Shown: positions 17,445-27,029, counted from the first letter of the stretch. The stretch is 64,000 nucleotides of DNA from a bacterium (GCA_963675295.2 CAXXKJ010000002.1:1280001-1344000); one strand, 5' to 3'. Numbers and translations are program-made. The notes: generated from the letters alone by a model not told the origin.

Positions 17445-17472
17445 TAATCAAAACTTTTTCTCAAGCCGATAA
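17445..17472 (+). promoter_or_regulatory. Candidate sigma28 (FliA) promoter
   Basis: Perfect -10 GCCGATAA at 17465..17472, 42 bp before ATG 17515. The -35 is an imperfect TAAT/TCAA. Confidence 0.5.
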
Positions 17473-17514
17473 GGAAGAAGAGACATAGCCTCGTTCAAAA
17501 TAGAGGAGAACAGT

Positions 17515-18279
17515 ATGCTCGAGGGTATAAGCGCGGAAACGGGTGTGCTGCAGACTCAGGTTGCACCGGTTGAGGAGCAGCAGGAGAATGCGGTTCGGCA
17601 AAATGCTCCCAAGGGGTGGGGTGTTCCGGATCACGCGAAGGCATGGGGATTCCGTCGGCAGACGGATTCGGTCTCGATTTCGGAGGAAGGCCGCGCGTTG
17701 GTCAATGGTACCGACGACGACCGCGAAAAGCCACCGAAACGTGGCACCGACGGCATTACCACCGACGATGACCGTGAAAAGCCGCCGAAACGGACCGGCG
17801 ACGGCATTGGCGGGTTGGATGACGACCGCGAAAAGCCGCCGAAACGGACCGGTGACGGCATTAGCGGGTTGGATGACGACCGCGAGAAGCCACCGAAACG
17901 GACCGGCGACGGAATTGGCGGGTTGGATGACGACCGCGAGAAGCCACCGAAACGGACCGGCGATGGTGTAGCGGTTGCGGCGGGTGATCCGGCGACAGCC
18001 CCCACGGGTGGCTTGGTCGTGGACGACGATCCGGGTGGCACCGGCGAGGATGATCGCGAGAAGCCGCCGAAACGTCGTGGCGGTGATGGTTTCGGGCATG
18101 GCGGTCCGAACCCGGCGGTGAGCACGATGGAAACCGGTGGCATGGTGCTGGACGATGATCCGGGCGGCACCGGCGAGGATGATCGCGAGAAGCCGCCGAA
18201 ACGCCGTGGTGATGAAGTGATCGATTTCGGGCAGGCGATGATGACCAAGATGGTCAACCAGTATCGCATGTTCGGGTAA
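17515..18279 (+). CDS. Low-complexity repeat protein with 7 x DDREKPPKR, function unknown
   Basis: Strong RBS (gaggag), own terminator, ~54-bp tandem repeats with synonymous variation that preserves the peptide. Confidence 0.8.
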   Translation: MLEGISAETGVLQTQVAPVEEQQENAVRQNAPKGWGVPDHAKAWGFRRQTDSVSISEEGRALVNGTDDDREKPPKRGTDGITTDDDREKPPKRTGDGIGGLDDDREKPPKRTGDGISGLDDDREKPPKRTGDGIGGLDDDREKPPKRTGDGVAVAAGDPATAPTGGLVVDDDPGGTGEDDREKPPKRRGGDGFGHGGPNPAVSTMETGGMVLDDDPGGTGEDDREKPPKRRGDEVIDFGQAMMTKMVNQYRMFG

Positions 18280-18300
18280 CCGCGAAGAGCGGGGCGAATC

Positions 18301-18331
18301 AAAAACCCGGGTCCAATCGGATCCGGGTTTT
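18301..18331. terminator. Bidirectional intrinsic terminator
   Basis: aaaaacccgggtcc-aatc-ggatccgggtttt between convergent genes. Confidence 0.7.
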
Positions 18332-18357
18332 CTCTGCTTCGGACTGTAGCAACTGCA

Positions 18358-20937
18358 TCAGGCCACTTCCTCGGCGGCACCGCTCATTTCCATGGCGGCT
18401 TCACGACCATTGGATGTGACCAGAGCCAGCACCATTGTGCAGTCGTCCTCGAGGTTCGGTTTGCCGTGGAAGCGCAGGACTTCGTTTTCCAGGCTTTCGA
18501 CCAGCGTGCTGCAGCTGTGCTGGTTGTTGTTCGCGAGGAACTCGTAGATGCGGTCCTCGCCGAACTCTTCCCCATTGGCGTTCATTGCTTCCGAGACACC
18601 GTCGGTATAAAAGAACAGGCGGTCACCGTCCCGCAACTCAACCTTGCCGACATCGTAGTCGAATCCCGGCATCACGCCGAGAACGATGCCGCCCTCGTCC
18701 AACGTTTCAACCTCGCCCGTGGAACGGAACACCAGCGGCGGATTGTGGCCGGCGTTGATGTAGGTGAAGGCGGACGTGGTCGGGTCAAACATTCCAGTGA
18801 CGAAGGTGATGTACTCCTCGACCGGAGTGTTCTGGCAGATGATATCGTTGATGCTGGCGACCAATGCTGCAAGGTCGGCGTTCACTTTCACCAGCGCCCG
18901 CAGGCTCGCCTGCAGGTTGGCCATGATCAACGCTGCACCCGCGCCCTTGCCGGACACATCTCCGAGCGCGATCACGGTGCGGTTGTCCGGCAGCGCGATC
19001 ACGTCAAAGTAGTCGCCCGCCACCTCAAGGCTGAAGCGACTGCGTGCGCCGATGTCGAGGCCCGGTGTGTCGGGAATGTTCTGCGGCAGGAAGCCTTCCT
19101 GGATGCTGCGGGCGAGCTTGAGTTCTTCCTCCAGCCGTTTCTTCTCGAGATTGTCTTCGAGCAGCCGCAGGTTGTCCGCGCTCAGTGCGACCTGTTGCAT
19201 CATCGAATGCAGGCTCTGGACGATTTCCGGCGTGTAGTCCTGTCCCCGTGTCGAGCGTCCGAGTGCGACAAATCCGGCCAGCCGTCCGCGCACAAACATT
19301 GGCAGCAGCAGGTTGACCTGGTTCTGGCTGATCCAGCGGATCTGGCCGTCGGTGAACGGAATCCGCATACTCGCCATCGCTTCGTCGAGCAGGATCGGAC
19401 GGCGGTCGCCTTCCAGTCGTTTGATCAGGTCATCGTTCATCGTGAACGGGCTGATCTCGCCCTGGAACACGGTGAAGTGATTTTCCAGGGTACGGATGAC
19501 CGGCAGCACGCGTTCCACGCCGACCGCATGCCGCAGCCGTGAGCTGATCTGCTTCCACAGCATGGCGCGATCGGGGAACGACGACAGCCGTTCGGTGAGA
19601 TCCTCGAGCATCGCGTTCAGCTGGTACCGTGCGGGATAGAATTGGCGTTCGATAATCTCGGTCAGTTTCCGCTGGGCCGGGTGAACCGCGAGGGTCAGAA
19701 CCATCGCGATCAGGATCGTCGGGGTGCGGCTTTCCATCTGCAAATTGCCAATCAGCAGGTCGCCGGCGAAGTAGACGATGGTGAAGAAGGACGCCAGCAC
19801 GCCGGCGGTAATCAGGAAGTGACGGGTGCCGCGACGCAGCTTTGCCTCGACATCCAGCAGACCGTAGCGTGTGATCGCGTACAGGATGGTGATCGGCATT
19901 GCCAGCAGGCAGAGCATCACCACATTCAGCATCAGCAGCGCGCCTTCAAGGCCCATCTCGTTGAGGTAGTTCGGGAACGGCAGCGAGATCAGCAGCATCA
20001 TCAGCAGCGGCGAGAAGGCAATCGCCGCGCCGTACAGCACCAGCTTCGTCTGACGTTTCTCGAGGGCGCTTTTCGCACGGCTGTAGTGAATCGAGAGCAA
20101 CGTGAATCCGACCGCCATCTGGAGGCCTAGGTTGACCGAAGCGAACGTATCGGTGAAACCCGCGTTCATCCGGTCAACGACAAACACCAGGATTGGGGTG
20201 ACGTAACAAATGAGATACCCGAGCCATGGCGTCCGCTCCATGATCTTCGACTTGTGCGGGAACAGCAGGTTCAAATTGATCCAGAACGCACCGATGAACA
20301 CGGTGAAGAAGCTGAGCGAGTCGACAATCCACGGCGGAGCGTTAACCCAGACGTTGATGTAATAGTCGTTCAGGTAGCTGATCGCGAACAGGGCGAAGGA
20401 GGCCATACCGAAGGTGAACAGCACCAGCGCCCGTGCCCCGGCGGCGGCATATTGCCGGCTCAGGGCGATGAATCCGATCACGAGGAAGGTGTAGCCGATC
20501 AGGAAGCGCAGCACATGCATGCCGAGCATCATGTAGAACTGGCCGCGCGGAACAGGGCTGGTGATCATCTCGGCATCGTAACTCTGACCATTGTGCTGAT
20601 AGGTCATCGTCAACGAATAGCCGATCGGTTTTGCAAAGGAGATCAGCGAATCGCGTAGCGCGATGGTCGCGGGACTGGCATTGATCGCGAGCAGCGTGTC
20701 GCCGTCTGAGGGAATCCGGCCTTCGGCGAAGTCTGCGGCTTCAACGTCCCGGAAGACGAGCACGCTGTCTTCACCGGAAACGGGAATGTTGGTATCGTAT
20801 TCGCCCGCCCGCCCCCAGTTCGCCACCTTGCTGCTGTCGCGGACCAGAGAGACGAACATCCCGACGCTCATCCAGACACCGATGATGATCAGCAGCGTGA
20901 GGTATATTCGTGTTTTCACCGAAGGTCGATCGTTCAT
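18358..20937 (-). CDS. Membrane-bound PP2C/SpoIIE (RsbU-like) phosphatase with PDZ-like, multi-TM and GAF domains
   Basis: EEELKLARSIQ, VAGDYFD, LGDVSGKG, NAGHNPP, YTDGVSEA, EDDCT motifs; about 9 hydrophobic segments. Confidence 0.9.
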   Translation of the reverse strand: MNDRPSVKTRIYLTLLIIIGVWMSVGMFVSLVRDSSKVANWGRAGEYDTNIPVSGEDSVLVFRDVEAADFAEGRIPSDGDTLLAINASPATIALRDSLISFAKPIGYSLTMTYQHNGQSYDAEMITSPVPRGQFYMMLGMHVLRFLIGYTFLVIGFIALSRQYAAAGARALVLFTFGMASFALFAISYLNDYYINVWVNAPPWIVDSLSFFTVFIGAFWINLNLLFPHKSKIMERTPWLGYLICYVTPILVFVVDRMNAGFTDTFASVNLGLQMAVGFTLLSIHYSRAKSALEKRQTKLVLYGAAIAFSPLLMMLLISLPFPNYLNEMGLEGALLMLNVVMLCLLAMPITILYAITRYGLLDVEAKLRRGTRHFLITAGVLASFFTIVYFAGDLLIGNLQMESRTPTILIAMVLTLAVHPAQRKLTEIIERQFYPARYQLNAMLEDLTERLSSFPDRAMLWKQISSRLRHAVGVERVLPVIRTLENHFTVFQGEISPFTMNDDLIKRLEGDRRPILLDEAMASMRIPFTDGQIRWISQNQVNLLLPMFVRGRLAGFVALGRSTRGQDYTPEIVQSLHSMMQQVALSADNLRLLEDNLEKKRLEEELKLARSIQEGFLPQNIPDTPGLDIGARSRFSLEVAGDYFDVIALPDNRTVIALGDVSGKGAGAALIMANLQASLRALVKVNADLAALVASINDIICQNTPVEEYITFVTGMFDPTTSAFTYINAGHNPPLVFRSTGEVETLDEGGIVLGVMPGFDYDVGKVELRDGDRLFFYTDGVSEAMNANGEEFGEDRIYEFLANNNQHSCSTLVESLENEVLRFHGKPNLEDDCTMVLALVTSNGREAAMEMSGAAEEVA

Positions 20938-20980
20938 GGGCGTTCACCGCTGCGGCGATCCTTCGCCAGTTCACTCGGCC

Positions 20981-21628
20981 TTATGCGATGCCGTGTTCTT
21001 CCTTGTATGCCAGCCAGTTCTTTTTCAGCTCAAGAAACTCGTCGAAAGTACTCCGCAACAGAAATGGATTGGTTTCTTTCTCATGCCCGATGGTTGAATG
21101 CGGCTTGACGCCGACATCATGCCCGGGAAAGACTCGGGTGTCGTCCGGCAGACGCATCAACTTATCCCGCAGCGACTGGAATTCCGCTCTGGCTTCGGTG
21201 TCGAATTCTGTGCCGCCGATCTTACCGACGAACAGCGTGTCGCCGGTGAACAACGCATCCCCGATCAGGAAGCACACGGAATCCTCGGTGTGGCCGGGGG
21301 TGTGAATCACCTTAACACCGAGTCTGCCCAGCGGCAACTCACCTCCGTCCACGAGCTGCACGCCACTGTCCTGATCGGTCATCTTGTAGCCGAGCGCACC
21401 ACGTCCGCATAGCTGCTGCATCTCGTCATTACCGTTGGTGTGGTCGCTGTGGCTGTGCGTGTTCAACACATACCGGATCTGCACTCCGAGTTCGAGCGCA
21501 CGGTTGTAAACCACCTTCGGCGCATAGCTGGGATCGATCACCGCGGCAAGGTGCGAGGATGGGTCAGCGGCGATGTACGCAAAGTTCCGGTCTCCGCCGG
21601 TTTTAATCTGTTCAACAATCATGGGCAT
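20981..21628 (-). CDS. MBL-fold metallo-hydrolase (glyoxalase II/persulfide dioxygenase-like)
   Basis: THSHSDH, TPGHT, FTGDTLF, PGHD motifs. Confidence 0.9.
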   Translation of the reverse strand: MPMIVEQIKTGGDRNFAYIAADPSSHLAAVIDPSYAPKVVYNRALELGVQIRYVLNTHSHSDHTNGNDEMQQLCGRGALGYKMTDQDSGVQLVDGGELPLGRLGVKVIHTPGHTEDSVCFLIGDALFTGDTLFVGKIGGTEFDTEARAEFQSLRDKLMRLPDDTRVFPGHDVGVKPHSTIGHEKETNPFLLRSTFDEFLELKKNWLAYKEEHGIA

Positions 21629-21855
21629 GGGATCTGTTCATGTGACAAATGGAATTCTGAAAAGTAACACCGTTTGCGGCCTGTTTTCAGCACTGGAATG
21701 TATTTATCTGAAAATGTGTTCCCGCACCACGCCGGTCCAGATGGTGAGGTGGGAACCCGGAGCGCTCCACCGGGTATTCCAACTGTACACATTCGGCATC
21801 AGCTTTGCCCCAAGTTCTGCACTGTATCCAACTCAACCAGTGGTGACGTTTCATC

Positions 21856-22536
21856 ATGCCGATAGATCCGATTGTCCGACTGACGAAGTTGCGCAAGGAA
21901 TACCGTGGCGGTGGCGGGGTTGTTGTCGCGGTGAACAACCTCACGCTTGACTTGTCCCCGGGAATGACAGTGCTCACCGGCCCATCCGGCTGCGGTAAAT
22001 CCACGCTGATCAACCTCGTTGGCGCGTTCGACCGGCCCACCTCCGGCACCATCGATGTCGCTGGAACCCGTGTCGACACGCTCGAGAACAGCAAGCTGGA
22101 CCAGTACCGCCGCACCACGGTCGGCATCGTCTTCCAGTTTTTTCACCTGATGCCGGCGTTGACCGTGCTGGAGAATGCGGCGTTGCCCGGCGAACTTGCG
22201 GGGATGAGCACGAAGCAGGCGCAGGATCGCGCGCGTGAGCTGCTCGACAAGGTCGGGATGGTGCATCGTGTCGATCACCGTCCGCACGAATTGTCCGGCG
22301 GCGAGATCCAACGCACCGCCATCGCCCGCGCCCTGGTCAACCATCCGAAGCTGGTGCTTGCGGACGAACCCACCGGCAACCTCGACAGCACCGCCTCCGA
22401 ACGGGTGATGAACCTGTTCGCCACGATCACCGCCGAAGAGGGCGCGAGCGCATTGGTCGCAACGCACGACCCCGACGTGGTCACCCGCGCCGACCGCATC
22501 ATTCAACTCCGTGACGGCCAGGTGGTGAGCGGATGA
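21856..22536 (+). CDS. ABC transporter ATP-binding protein (LolD/MacB-type, AttE-like)
   Basis: GPSGCGKST, LSGGE, LADEPTGNLD motifs. Confidence 0.92.
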   Translation: MPIDPIVRLTKLRKEYRGGGGVVVAVNNLTLDLSPGMTVLTGPSGCGKSTLINLVGAFDRPTSGTIDVAGTRVDTLENSKLDQYRRTTVGIVFQFFHLMPALTVLENAALPGELAGMSTKQAQDRARELLDKVGMVHRVDHRPHELSGGEIQRTAIARALVNHPKLVLADEPTGNLDSTASERVMNLFATITAEEGASALVATHDPDVVTRADRIIQLRDGQVVSG

Positions 22537-25097
22537 CGTTGACGACTCGCATCGTCCTTCGCGGCTGGTCGACCCGACCGCTGCGCACCGCGCTCGCGAT
22601 CCTGGGGGTTGCGGTCGGGGTTTCCGTGCTGCTCGCGATCCGGCTGGCGAATTATTCCGCGGTTGAAGCGTTTGGCCGTACGCTGGAGATGGTATCCGGG
22701 CGTGCGGACGCCGAGATCTTCGCGGACGGCGAGGGCTGGCTCGACGCGGATCTGTTTGCCCCGTTGACCCGCATGTCTCAGGTCCAGTCCGCCGCGCCAG
22801 TGTTCATCCTCGATGGCCGTGACGAATCCAGCGAACGCCGTGTCCGGCTGCTCGGTGTCGATCTCGCCACCGACGCCGAGATGCGGCCGTGGTACCGCGC
22901 TGAGATGGATGAAACCATGGACGCGCTGTCGTTGTTCGTGCATCCGCGCGGCGTGTTGATGACGCCGATGCTGGCAGATGAACTGCAGCTCGAGTCCGGC
23001 GATTGGTTCGGGTTTCGGCATGACGGCGTCATTGATTCGATTCAGGTGATCGGTCTGCTCGAGGGGGAAGACGTCGCCAAGGCGCAGACGCGGGACGTGA
23101 TGGTGATGGATCTGCCACGAGCGTGGCAACTGTCCGGCACGCCGGGACGGCTGCATCGCATTGACGTCATCTTCCGCGAAGGGGTTGACCGTGACGCAGC
23201 GATTCTCGCGTTGCGTCAATGGCTTGGCGACGGGGTCCGTGTCGAACTGTCCGGCTGGAGGCGTCCGCAGGCGCAGAAGCTGCTCGCCTCGTTCCAGCTC
23301 AACTTGACCGCGCTGGCATTTGTCGCGCTGCTGGTCGCGGGTTTCCTCGTCTTTCAAACCGTCAACACCACCGCCGTCGAACGCCGTAAAAATGCCGGTT
23401 TGATCCGTTCGCTGGGCGGATCGGCGGGTTTTGTCCGCCGGATCTTCCTCGTCGAAGGGCTGGGCATCGGGTTGATTGGTTCGACGCTCGGCGTCGGGCT
23501 CGGCATGTTGCTCGCACGAGGAGCGGTGATCGCGGTGTCGCAGACTGTTGAGTCGGTCTACCTGCTTGAGACAACGGCGGCGTTGTACATCAACTGGGAG
23601 GCGGTGTTCACCAGCTTCCTGCTTGGCGTGGTGGTGTCGCTGCTGTCAGTGGGGCCGGTGGCGCTGGAAGCGTCGCATGTTCCTCCGCGTGAATCCATGA
23701 GCCGGCAGGTGCTGGAACAGCGCATCCGTGTCGGCCTGTTTGCGTTTACCGGACTGGCGCTGCTGCTGATCGGGCTGTACCTGCTGTGGAAACCTTGGAC
23801 CGAACATCCGATCGTCTCCGGCTACACCTCGGCGGCGTTGTTCATTCTCGCGGGTGCGTTGACGACGCCGTGGGGGCTGGGTGTCGCGCATGCCATCCTG
23901 ACCCGTCTGCTCGGACGCCGGCTCGGCTCGTTCGGACGCCTGGCGCTGGGAGTGTTGAAACGGTCGCGGCATCGTGTCGCTCCGGCGGTCGCTGCACTGG
24001 CGACGGCGGTCGCGATGTGGCTCAGCATCGACATGATGGTCGGCTCGTTCCGAAACACGGTCGAAACCTGGGTCACAAACACCGTCACCGCTGATCTGAT
24101 CGTCACCACCGGAACGTACTTCGGTGTTGGCAAACCGGAATTGATTCCGATGGAAGCGTTCGACCGGCTGGTCGGCGCGGAGGGAATCGCGGACGTTGAC
24201 CACTTCCGCAGCGTACGGGTGCCGATTGACGGCCTGCCGACCGTGGTCGCGATGGTCGATATGGAATCGGTGCGCAAGCAGAAACGGTTGAGCTGGCTGG
24301 ACCGTGGGACGATCCGTGGTTCACCCGCCGATCCGCTCGTCGCGGGCGAAAACCAGGTGTTCATCAGTGAACCGCTCGCGTTTCGAACCGGCTGGGGAGT
24401 CGGCGACTCGCTGGACATCCCGACACCGTCCGGCACCGAACGCATGCGCATCCGGGCGATCTATTACGATTACGCCAGCGACACCGGTATGATCCTCGTC
24501 CACCGTCCGTGGTTTGTTGAGCATTGGGGCGATGACCGGCTCGAGTCAATTGCGGTTTACCTGCCGGACGGAATGTCGCTTGCCGAGGGACGGGAGCATG
24601 TCAACGCCGCGCTCGGGGACGATTTCGAGGTCAGCGTCTTCTCCAACCGTGACCTGCGGGATTCGGTGTTGCAGGTGTTCGACAACACGTTCGCGATCAC
24701 GTATGCCCTCCGCGCGGTGGCGATTCTCGTCTCGCTACTCGCGGTCTGGGGCGGTATGATGGCGCTGGTGGTCGAACGCCGGCGTGAGCTGGCGATTCTG
24801 CGCGCGGTCGGCGGCAGTGAAAAGCAGGTGATGGGAAGAATTTACGTCGAGTCTGGCCTGATTGGCACCATTGGTTGGGGGCTGGGTACGGTGCTCGGGA
24901 TTCTGCTCAGCCTGGTGCTGACGTTCGTGGTCAACAAGTACAGCTTCGGCTGGACCTTGGCGCTGCGGATGCCGTGGGGCCAGATCGCGTTGTCGGGCGT
25001 GTTGATGATCGGCGCGGCGTTGCTGGCGGGAGCGTTCCCGGCACGTGACGCCGCCAGGCAGTCCATCGCGCAGGGAGTTCGTGTCGATGCGGAATAG
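22533..25097 (+). CDS. ABC transporter permease, duplicated MacB_PCD/FtsX architecture (AttF/G-like)
   Basis: Two FtsX halves (ERR...RSLGG, ERRRELAILRAVGG) and an FGWT motif. Confidence 0.88.
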   Translation: MTLTTRIVLRGWSTRPLRTALAILGVAVGVSVLLAIRLANYSAVEAFGRTLEMVSGRADAEIFADGEGWLDADLFAPLTRMSQVQSAAPVFILDGRDESSERRVRLLGVDLATDAEMRPWYRAEMDETMDALSLFVHPRGVLMTPMLADELQLESGDWFGFRHDGVIDSIQVIGLLEGEDVAKAQTRDVMVMDLPRAWQLSGTPGRLHRIDVIFREGVDRDAAILALRQWLGDGVRVELSGWRRPQAQKLLASFQLNLTALAFVALLVAGFLVFQTVNTTAVERRKNAGLIRSLGGSAGFVRRIFLVEGLGIGLIGSTLGVGLGMLLARGAVIAVSQTVESVYLLETTAALYINWEAVFTSFLLGVVVSLLSVGPVALEASHVPPRESMSRQVLEQRIRVGLFAFTGLALLLIGLYLLWKPWTEHPIVSGYTSAALFILAGALTTPWGLGVAHAILTRLLGRRLGSFGRLALGVLKRSRHRVAPAVAALATAVAMWLSIDMMVGSFRNTVETWVTNTVTADLIVTTGTYFGVGKPELIPMEAFDRLVGAEGIADVDHFRSVRVPIDGLPTVVAMVDMESVRKQKRLSWLDRGTIRGSPADPLVAGENQVFISEPLAFRTGWGVGDSLDIPTPSGTERMRIRAIYYDYASDTGMILVHRPWFVEHWGDDRLESIAVYLPDGMSLAEGREHVNAALGDDFEVSVFSNRDLRDSVLQVFDNTFAITYALRAVAILVSLLAVWGGMMALVVERRRELAILRAVGGSEKQVMGRIYVESGLIGTIGWGLGTVLGILLSLVLTFVVNKYSFGWTLALRMPWGQIALSGVLMIGAALLAGAFPARDAARQSIAQGVRVDAE

Positions 25098-25151
25098 TTG
25101 GCGATGCGGAATAGTTGGCGATGTGGAATTGTTGTCGATGTGGAATTGTCT
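25084..25151. repeat. Four 17-bp tandem repeats copying the permease 3' end
   Basis: tcgatgcggaatagttg / gcgatgcggaatagttg / gcgatgtggaattgttg / tcgatgtggaattgtct. Confidence 0.85.
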
Positions 25152-25157
25152 CCGCAA

Positions 25158-25861
25158 GTGCCCGTGTCTGCTTGCAGACGCGGACGCGGTAGAGTAGATG
25201 GTACGTGCCCGTGTCTGCTTGCAGACGCGGACGAGGGGAGGCTGAATGCGTTACTCAAATGAGATGAACTTCAACAAAACCAAACACTATGATGAGATTG
25301 GCCACGCTCATTTCGTGACCTTCTCGTGTCACAAGGAACTACCACTTTTCAAAGATCCGTACCTGTGTGACATGTTCGTGAAGCAGCTTGGGCGAGAGCG
25401 TGAGAAAGGACGATTCAGCCTGTGGGCGTTTGTTGTGATGCCGGAACATGTTCATGTATTGCTGTATCCGCATGCTGAAATGAGTGCCATCCTCCGCGGG
25501 TTGAAACAATCGTTCAGCTTTCACGCTCTGCAGTATCTCGAATCAAATCATCCTGACCTGTATGGTCAGCTACACGTTGCCACAGGAAGACGGGCAAATC
25601 ATCGGTTCTGGATGAAAGGTGGAGGACATGACCGAAACATACAGGATCAGGAAGCGTTGAGGTATTTCATGGAATACATCCATAACAATCCAGTAAAACG
25701 TGGGCTGGTCAATCTGCCGGAAGAGTGGAACTGGTCTAGTGCGAGGTGCTGGGTGACAGGTGAGAACAAGCCACTTCAGACGGATGAAATCCCATGGTGA
25801 AGGTGAAGAACAGGTGTTGGGCACCGTTGTTTCGTCCGCGTCTGCAAGCAGACACGGGCAC
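25158..25861. mobile_element. REPtron: RAYT gene flanked by three identical 29-bp REPs in inverted orientation
   Basis: gtgcccgtgtctgcttgcagacgcggacg at 25158..25186 and 25205..25233; exact reverse complement at 25833..25861. Confidence 0.85.
25246..25800 (+). CDS. REP-associated tyrosine transposase (RAYT, Y1 HUH family)
   Basis: HFVTF, AFVVMPEHVH (HUH), RFW, YIHNNPVKRGLV, W.WSS motifs; lower GC than its flanks. Confidence 0.9.
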   Translation: MRYSNEMNFNKTKHYDEIGHAHFVTFSCHKELPLFKDPYLCDMFVKQLGREREKGRFSLWAFVVMPEHVHVLLYPHAEMSAILRGLKQSFSFHALQYLESNHPDLYGQLHVATGRRANHRFWMKGGGHDRNIQDQEALRYFMEYIHNNPVKRGLVNLPEEWNWSSARCWVTGENKPLQTDEIPW

Positions 25862-27029
25862 GTTTGCCGCACTCGTTTTAGGGCTATTGCTGATTCTTGG
25901 AGCCCGTTCCATCGCCCAACCACCCGGCGAGGCACCGAACTTTCTCGTCCCGGAACCTGGGTATGAGTGGTCGTTCCCGCGTGATCACGCCAACCATTCC
26001 GAGTATGCCCTCGAGTGGTGGTATTATACCGGCCACCTGTTGCCGGAGGGCGCGGATGCGTCCGTGGACGCCAACTGGATCCACCTGCAGCTGACCTTTT
26101 TCCGTAACGCGATCCCCGCCGCGGGTGCGGGCCAATTGTACTTCGCGCACTTGGCGATCAGCGGGCCGGAGATGCCGTTCGCGTTCGCCGAACACATCGC
26201 GCGCGGCACCTTGGGTGAGGCCGGCAGCGACGAAACGGTGCAGCATGTCTGGCTCGACACATGGCGCGCCAGCCTGATGCCGGACGGTAGCCACCTGCTC
26301 GAAGCTGAAGCGGACGGCGTCGGCGGAATCCGTCTGCTGGCGAAACCGACGCTCGGCCCGGTGTTGAACGGCGACAACGGTTTTTCCCGTAAGGGTCCGG
26401 GCGGCAGCGAGGCGTCCTACTACTACAGCCTGCCACGGATGGAAACCGAGGGGTGGTTTTACCCTCGCGACGGTTCCGCCCCGAAATCCGTTTCCGGCAC
26501 ATTGTGGATGGATCACGAGTTCGGCAACCAGCAGCTCGGCGAAGGCTTGACTGGCTGGGACTGGTGGGGCTTGAAACTGCCCGGTGGGGAAGCGTTGATG
26601 TTGTATCGGATTCGTCGCGGCGCGGACGGGTTCATCTCCGAATCGGAGGGCACGTTCACCGCCGCCGACGGCTCAACGGTACGGATTTCGTTCGCTGAGG
26701 TGAACGTTGAACCCACCGGCGAGTGGACCAGTCCACACACCGGCGTCGTCTATCCGCATGGCTGGACGATAACAATCCCCGAGTTTGTGCATCCAACCAG
26801 CGGCAAGCGTGGATTGACATTGACGGTTACGCCGGTCACAGCCGATCAGGAGTTGCGGACTGATCGCTCGACCCGTGTCACATATTACGAGGGCGCGGTC
26901 AGCGTCAACCGGGACGGTTTCAGTGAACGTACGTTCGGGTTTGTTGAGCTGGTTGGGTATGACACCGAACAGGCGAAGGCGCAGCCGCTTGACCTGCCGG
27001 TCAGCGGTGGTTCGGACGGAGGTGAATGA
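25794..27029 (+). CDS. AttH/CrtC-like lipocalin-domain secreted protein
   Basis: FPRDH..H...EWWYYTG, SYYYSLPR, WMDHEF, GWDW, YYEGAV, GFVELVGY motifs. Confidence 0.88.
   Translation: MVKVKNRCWAPLFRPRLQADTGTFAALVLGLLLILGARSIAQPPGEAPNFLVPEPGYEWSFPRDHANHSEYALEWWYYTGHLLPEGADASVDANWIHLQLTFFRNAIPAAGAGQLYFAHLAISGPEMPFAFAEHIARGTLGEAGSDETVQHVWLDTWRASLMPDGSHLLEAEADGVGGIRLLAKPTLGPVLNGDNGFSRKGPGGSEASYYYSLPRMETEGWFYPRDGSAPKSVSGTLWMDHEFGNQQLGEGLTGWDWWGLKLPGGEALMLYRIRRGADGFISESEGTFTAADGSTVRISFAEVNVEPTGEWTSPHTGVVYPHGWTITIPEFVHPTSGKRGLTLTVTPVTADQELRTDRSTRVTYYEGAVSVNRDGFSERTFGFVELVGYDTEQAKAQPLDLPVSGGSDGGE

Noticed and set aside
17710-17965. 54-bp tandem repeats as a CRISPR array
   Set aside because: No unique spacers, period is a multiple of 3 with synonymous variation, and there are no cas genes. 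This is a coding repeat.
17461-18380. Antisense and alternative-frame repeat ORFs (17461..18099, 17631..18380, 17543..17971)
   Set aside because: Open only because the repeat lacks stops. RBS, promoter, terminator and synonymous-site pattern all favour 17515..18279.
25084-25233. 17-bp and 29-bp repeats as a mini-CRISPR
   Set aside because: The 17-mers are contiguous with no spacers. The 29-mers are palindromic REPs with an inverted copy beyond the RAYT.
25794-27029. Carotenoid biosynthesis gene crtC
   Set aside because: No crt genes nearby. The context with an ABC ATPase and double-FtsX permease fits the AttH-like group.
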